DNA of 63,482 nucleotides, counting the filler, from Hyphochytrium catenoides (lineage: Eukaryota > Protista > Hyphochytriomycota): assembly GCA_900088475.1 (NCBI GenBank). It is 9 parts of 9 records of this genome, joined end to end, with 100 filler letters (N's around TTAATTAATTAA, not from the genome) between each part and the next. Parts side by side here need not be neighbours in the genome. Positions count along the whole stretch, not along the records: positions 56,277 to 60,584 come from FLMG01000273.1; positions 60,685 to 62,323 come from FLMG01004047.1; positions 62,424 to 63,482 come from FLMG01003586.1; 6 more parts are not named here. One strand, 5' to 3'. The notes below the pieces were generated by a model that saw only the letters and a program-made list of their open reading frames with translations, was not told the origin of the DNA and searched no databases. Positions 59,352-63,482 of the stretch are shown in pieces. A program made the position numbers and the translations under genes. Every line of letters begins with the position of its first letter. Position 1 is the first letter of the stretch.

Positions 59352-60060
59352 GAAAGAGAGAGAGGGAGAGACACTCCGATCCTTCTCTTCATAGCCCGTG
59401 AGGCTCTGCGCATGGCGGGTAAATGCTAGGAGCTAGGAGAGCGGTTGAAGTCGCTGAAGTGTCTTAGCCTTTACACTCTTCAGGAAATGGAGTGCTGTTT
59501 CCTCTCTTTTCTCTCTCTCTTCGCACCGCACCTATAACTCTCTTCTCCCTCTCTTTCCCTCTTCTCTGTCTTTTTCCTCTCCATACTGTCATCTACTGAC
59601 ACGCATGTGCTCTTTCTCCTTCCTCTTTGGAGATATTCAATAAATAAGAACCAGTGTCTCTCATCTCTTTTCTCTCTCTTCCCTGGGCAAAACCACTGTC
59701 TCTCTCTCTCTTAAAGTGATCGCACGGTACCCGTAAAGTGTCTCTTTTGCCTAAGAAGAGAGTATCGCGAGGAGGAACTTGCCCTTGCTCTCTACTGCGG
59801 AAGAGAGAGGAAAGTTCTTGATTGCGTCTCCTACCACCTCCGCCGCACCTGCGGTGACTGCTAACGCTGTGTTTTCGTCTGGTCGGCGAGAGAGAGAGAG
59901 AGAGAGAAGAGAGAAATATTCTGATCAGCAAAAAAGCAAAGACTAGAGTCCCATGGCGACGACGACATCAAAGAGCATAACGCGTGGGATAACAATGGGG
60001 GAACCAAACCGAAGGTAATGGGATCTCTTTCTCTCTCTCTCTCTCTCTCTCTCCAGAGCC

Positions 60061-60312
60061 TCAACTCGCTGTCTCTACACAGTTAGGTAAAGCAATGAGG
60101 AAGAAGCGGAAAGGGAAACGAGACTTACAAGTGAGGTAAGGAAAGAGAGAGAGAGAGAAAGAGAGAGTAGTCGCTCTGACCATGGTTGGCTGTTATAACC
60201 GAAAGAGTCCAGATGCCCTCTCCCTGCACTTCCTCCTTTTGTGGGTGCGCCTTCATGCCCTTCACCACCGAGGCTAACACGCCGGTCTCTCCAGCGCGGC
60301 GTTTATTCAAGG
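60061..60312 (-). CDS. 3' end of an armadillo-repeat protein gene (one 132-nt ARM exon plus a probable tiny terminal exon)
   Basis: AG|...NKRRAGETGVLASVVKGMKAHPQKEEVQGEGIWTLSVITANH|GT, then a CTAAC branch point and AG leading to ETAS*. Confidence 0.55.
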
Positions 60313-60987
60313 CTAGTGTCGAGAGAGAGAGAGACAGAGAGATAAATAGAGAGCGAGAGGGAGAAGAGAACGAGAGAGAGTTAATAAGAAGGCAAGTTAG
60401 ACGCACATGAGAAGCAAAAAGAGAGTGACAATGAAGAAAGAGAAAGAGGGCGATTTCCGCCGAGGGATGACCCAGCCAGGAGACAGCACAAATTCCGAGA
60501 TTAAGAAAGAGAGAGAGAGATAGAGATAGATAGAGAGATATAGCGAGAAAGAGAGAGAAAAAGAGAGAGAGAAAGAGAGAGAGANNNNNNNNNNNNNNNN
60601 NNNNNNNNNNNNNNNNNNNNNNNNNNNNTTAATTAATTAANNNNNNNNNNNNNNNNNNNNNNNNNNNNNNNNNNNNNNNNNNNNTTGTCTCTCACTGCCG
60701 CTTCTGTACTCTCTTCTCTCTCTTTCTCTCTCTGTCTCTCTCTCTCTCTCTCCCTTCGTCGCTTCCTCTCTCCCTCTATCTTTCTGTCCACTTCTCTTTC
60801 CTGCTTTACAGCAAACTTTGCGCTGGAGAAAAATCCACCCCCTGCTCAGATACAGAAACATTCCGAATGTGGATAGCTATTCCAGACATAGGTTAGAGTT
60901 CAGGGAGTGACATGGCTGTTATTATCCTGAATCTTGTAATAAGTGACAAGTGTGACGCAGCTCTGCAACAGGATTTTCTGTTCATGG

Positions 60988-61018
<31 letters not shown>

Positions 61019-61051
61019 NNNNNNNNNNNNNNNNNNNNNNNNNNNNNNNNG

Positions 61052-61082
<31 letters not shown>

Positions 61083-61896
61083 GAGAAAGAGAGTGAGCTT
61101 GTAGCAGAAGGGGCCATCAGCAGTGAGGAGCATGTCTTGCAAAACTTTATAAAAAAATAAGAGGAAGAGAGAGGAGAGAGAGAGAGATCGCGGCCTGATC
61201 AGAGAGGGGAAGAGGAAGACAGAGGGAAATGGAGCGAGAGAGAGCTTGAAGATCTAAACAGTTGGCTGCCTGGATGGTTAGAATCTATCTTCCTTTCTCT
61301 TCCTTTCTCCTTCATCCTCCTTCCAGCGCCTGTTCCTCCGTCTTGAGATCTCCTTTGCTTCGATGAGTGCGAACATTCCATCCTCTTTCCCTCTCTCCCT
61401 CTCTCTCTCTCTTTCCCTCTTTCCCTCTCNNNNNNNNNNNNNNNNNNNNNNNNNNNNNNNNNNNNNNNNNNNNNNNNNNNNNNNNNNNNNNNNNNNNNNN
61501 NNNNNNNNNNNNNNNNNNNNNNNNNNNNNNNNNNNNNNTTTACTCCCTAAGAAAGGGCAGAGAGAGAAGAGACCGATCGAAAGAGAGACAGGATCAGAGA
61601 GAACAAGATAGAAGAGATAGTAGAGAAAAAATATGGAGAGAGAGAAAGAGAGAGAAGAGAGAGGGAGAGACGCGCGCGAGTGATAAGAAAGGATAAGGGA
61701 AAGAAACAGAGAAGGGTCAAGGAGAGTGGGCGCCGCAGAAGAAGAGATCACTCTCTCAGTAGCACCGTTTCTCGATGTAGTCTTTCTTTCTCTTTCTTTC
61801 TCTCTCTTTTCTCTCTCCCTCTCTTTTAGTCAATCCAATCAGCGCGCACTAATCGCTGTTCAGGGACGGGCCGCTCAATAGAGAACATAGTGGCAG

Positions 61897-61936
<40 letters not shown>

Positions 61937-62423
61937 GCCTGGCTGTCCCCACCTCTCTCTCCCCGCTCCTGCTCCTCGCATGCCTGCCTCAGCTCTTCCT
62001 ATTCTTGCTTGTTGCTCTCCTTGATAACTCCTCTCTCTTCCACTTCTCTCTCTCTCTTTCTTCTTTTCTCATTTTCTTTCTCTCTCTCTCTCTCTCTCTT
62101 TCGCCCTCTCTCTTTTTCGCCCTCTCTCTCCTTCTCTCTCAGTGTTGGCCGGACATCTGTTAGCTCTATCTCTTCTATTTACATTGTTACTCTAATTCTA
62201 TGTACACTACTAATCTGTCTCTATACTACATGTTGATATACAGGAAAATTATTCTTCCAGCAGTCAAAGGGTTCTCTCTCTCTCTTTCTCTTTTTCTCTC
62301 TCTTTCTCTCTCTCTCTCTCTCTNNNNNNNNNNNNNNNNNNNNNNNNNNNNNNNNNNNNNNNNNNNNTTAATTAATTAANNNNNNNNNNNNNNNNNNNNN
62401 NNNNNNNNNNNNNNNNNNNNNNN

Positions 62424-63463
62424 GACTCTTCGGATGTAGCTAAGACCTCTTGGAAGAGCCTTTTAGGCAAGCCTTTCAGCGCGATAAGTTGGGGGACTGT
62501 CAAGTTGCACCACTCTCGAACCTTATCCCACTCCAGATAGGCGTGAAAAGCGTTACGTCGTCCTGTCGCCACAGAGGTGGGAAGACGATCTGGGCTGCGT
62601 ACCCTCTCAATCTGCTTCTCTATCTCTAGCTGAACCGCGGCGTCAGCGGCAGTTCTCCGTTCATATTGACCGCCGTGAGAGTTTGCATTAGAGGGGTTGT
62701 TTGATGATGAGACTTTTTCTCCGCTACCAACGCTCCCATCGACGTGAGTCATGCCATACATGACACCAAAATACTTCTTATTCCTGCTTAAGAGAAATTG
62801 AACTGGAACGCGTGCAAAAGAAACAGTTTTTCCCTTGTGAGCATTTTTAAAATGCTGTGCCATCGTCCCTTCAGTCCTACAATAGTAACCTCCATCCAGG
62901 TCACTTAGCAAGTTACACTCGCCACAGGAAAATCCGTTAGGATGAATAGGCAATCCCTGGACATGAGGAACCAGAAGTCTTCTAAATGGCGGACGGTAGT
63001 TGGGATTGCACGCAGCTTGCCAGCTGTCCTCGTTCTGATAAAGAGTAAGGGCCAGTTTGGTGAGTTCTTCCTGCAACTCCTTTCTCCGATAACCCCTCGA
63101 CAGGTGAGCATGTTTCTCGCGGATATGGTTGTGAATGCTGTCAACATTTAGAAGCAAACCGGACTTGCACGTGGTGCATATGGCAATCTTAACGTCGGTG
63201 TTGATGAGGACATTGAGGCTCTGGAGAAATGGAGTCACTTGATAATGATGCAGCAGGAACATGATGAAGGAGTCGAGACACATTAGTGGTGTTAGTCTAT
63301 CGCTTTTGTTGATTGATAGGAGCTGGACAGGCTGCTTACCGATTAATTGATCTCTCTGACTGCCGATAGAGTCATCGTTAAGTGCAAAAGACGAAGTCGT
63401 AGCAGCAGCACCACCAGTAGACCTCCTGTTGCCGCCGCTATTCACTGCTGCAGCTTCCATCAT
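62424..63463 (-). CDS. DUF3505 (OrsD-like) zinc-finger protein, N-terminal part; family linked to telomere-associated RecQ helicase genes
   Basis: IAICTTCKSGL...IHNHIREKH and GLPIHPNGFSCGEC...YYCRTEGTMAQHFKNAH...VPVQ...KYFGV. Open reading frame up to the contig edge; intronless. Confidence 0.7.
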
Positions 63464-63482
63464 TCCCCCTCCTAGTACTACT

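Overview
This is eukaryotic DNA, most likely a heterotrophic protist. The CAND1 and Cys-His repeat proteins look stramenopile-like, but that assignment is my inference. The window is not one locus. It is nine contigs joined by artificial 100-nt spacers (N44-TTAATTAATTAA-N44) at 31002, 38605, 46215, 52325, 54487, 56177, 60585 and 62324, so neighbourhoods across spacers mean nothing. The genome uses the standard code and GT-AG introns and is very rich in (CT)/(GA) microsatellites, which generate most of the spurious ORFs in the track. Host genes: an ATP4/ENA-like P-type ATPase, a WRKY19-like zinc-finger repeat protein, a Kelch protein, pICln, PGAM5, a bacterial-type DUF4377 protein, an Fe-SOD-like protein, mitochondrial EF-Tu, a purple acid phosphatase fusion, a phytocyanin, CAND1, an ICL/PEP-mutase-family fragment, tRNA-Gly(CCC), APC6/CDC16, a class-III aminotransferase and an ARM-repeat exon. 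Mobile DNA: a truncated Helitron-like Rep gene, a pogo-like fossil and a DUF3505 ORF. The most striking feature is an apparently intact 8-exon gene of roughly 1,850-1,900 aa (32001-38437, minus). It combines a Zn knuckle, a DUF6729-like region, a Mutator/ISL3-like DDE transposase with a complete DEDDy 3'-5' exonuclease nested inside its catalytic core, and a C-terminal Ulp1 (C48) SUMO protease. All family assignments come from motif recognition, not database searches.
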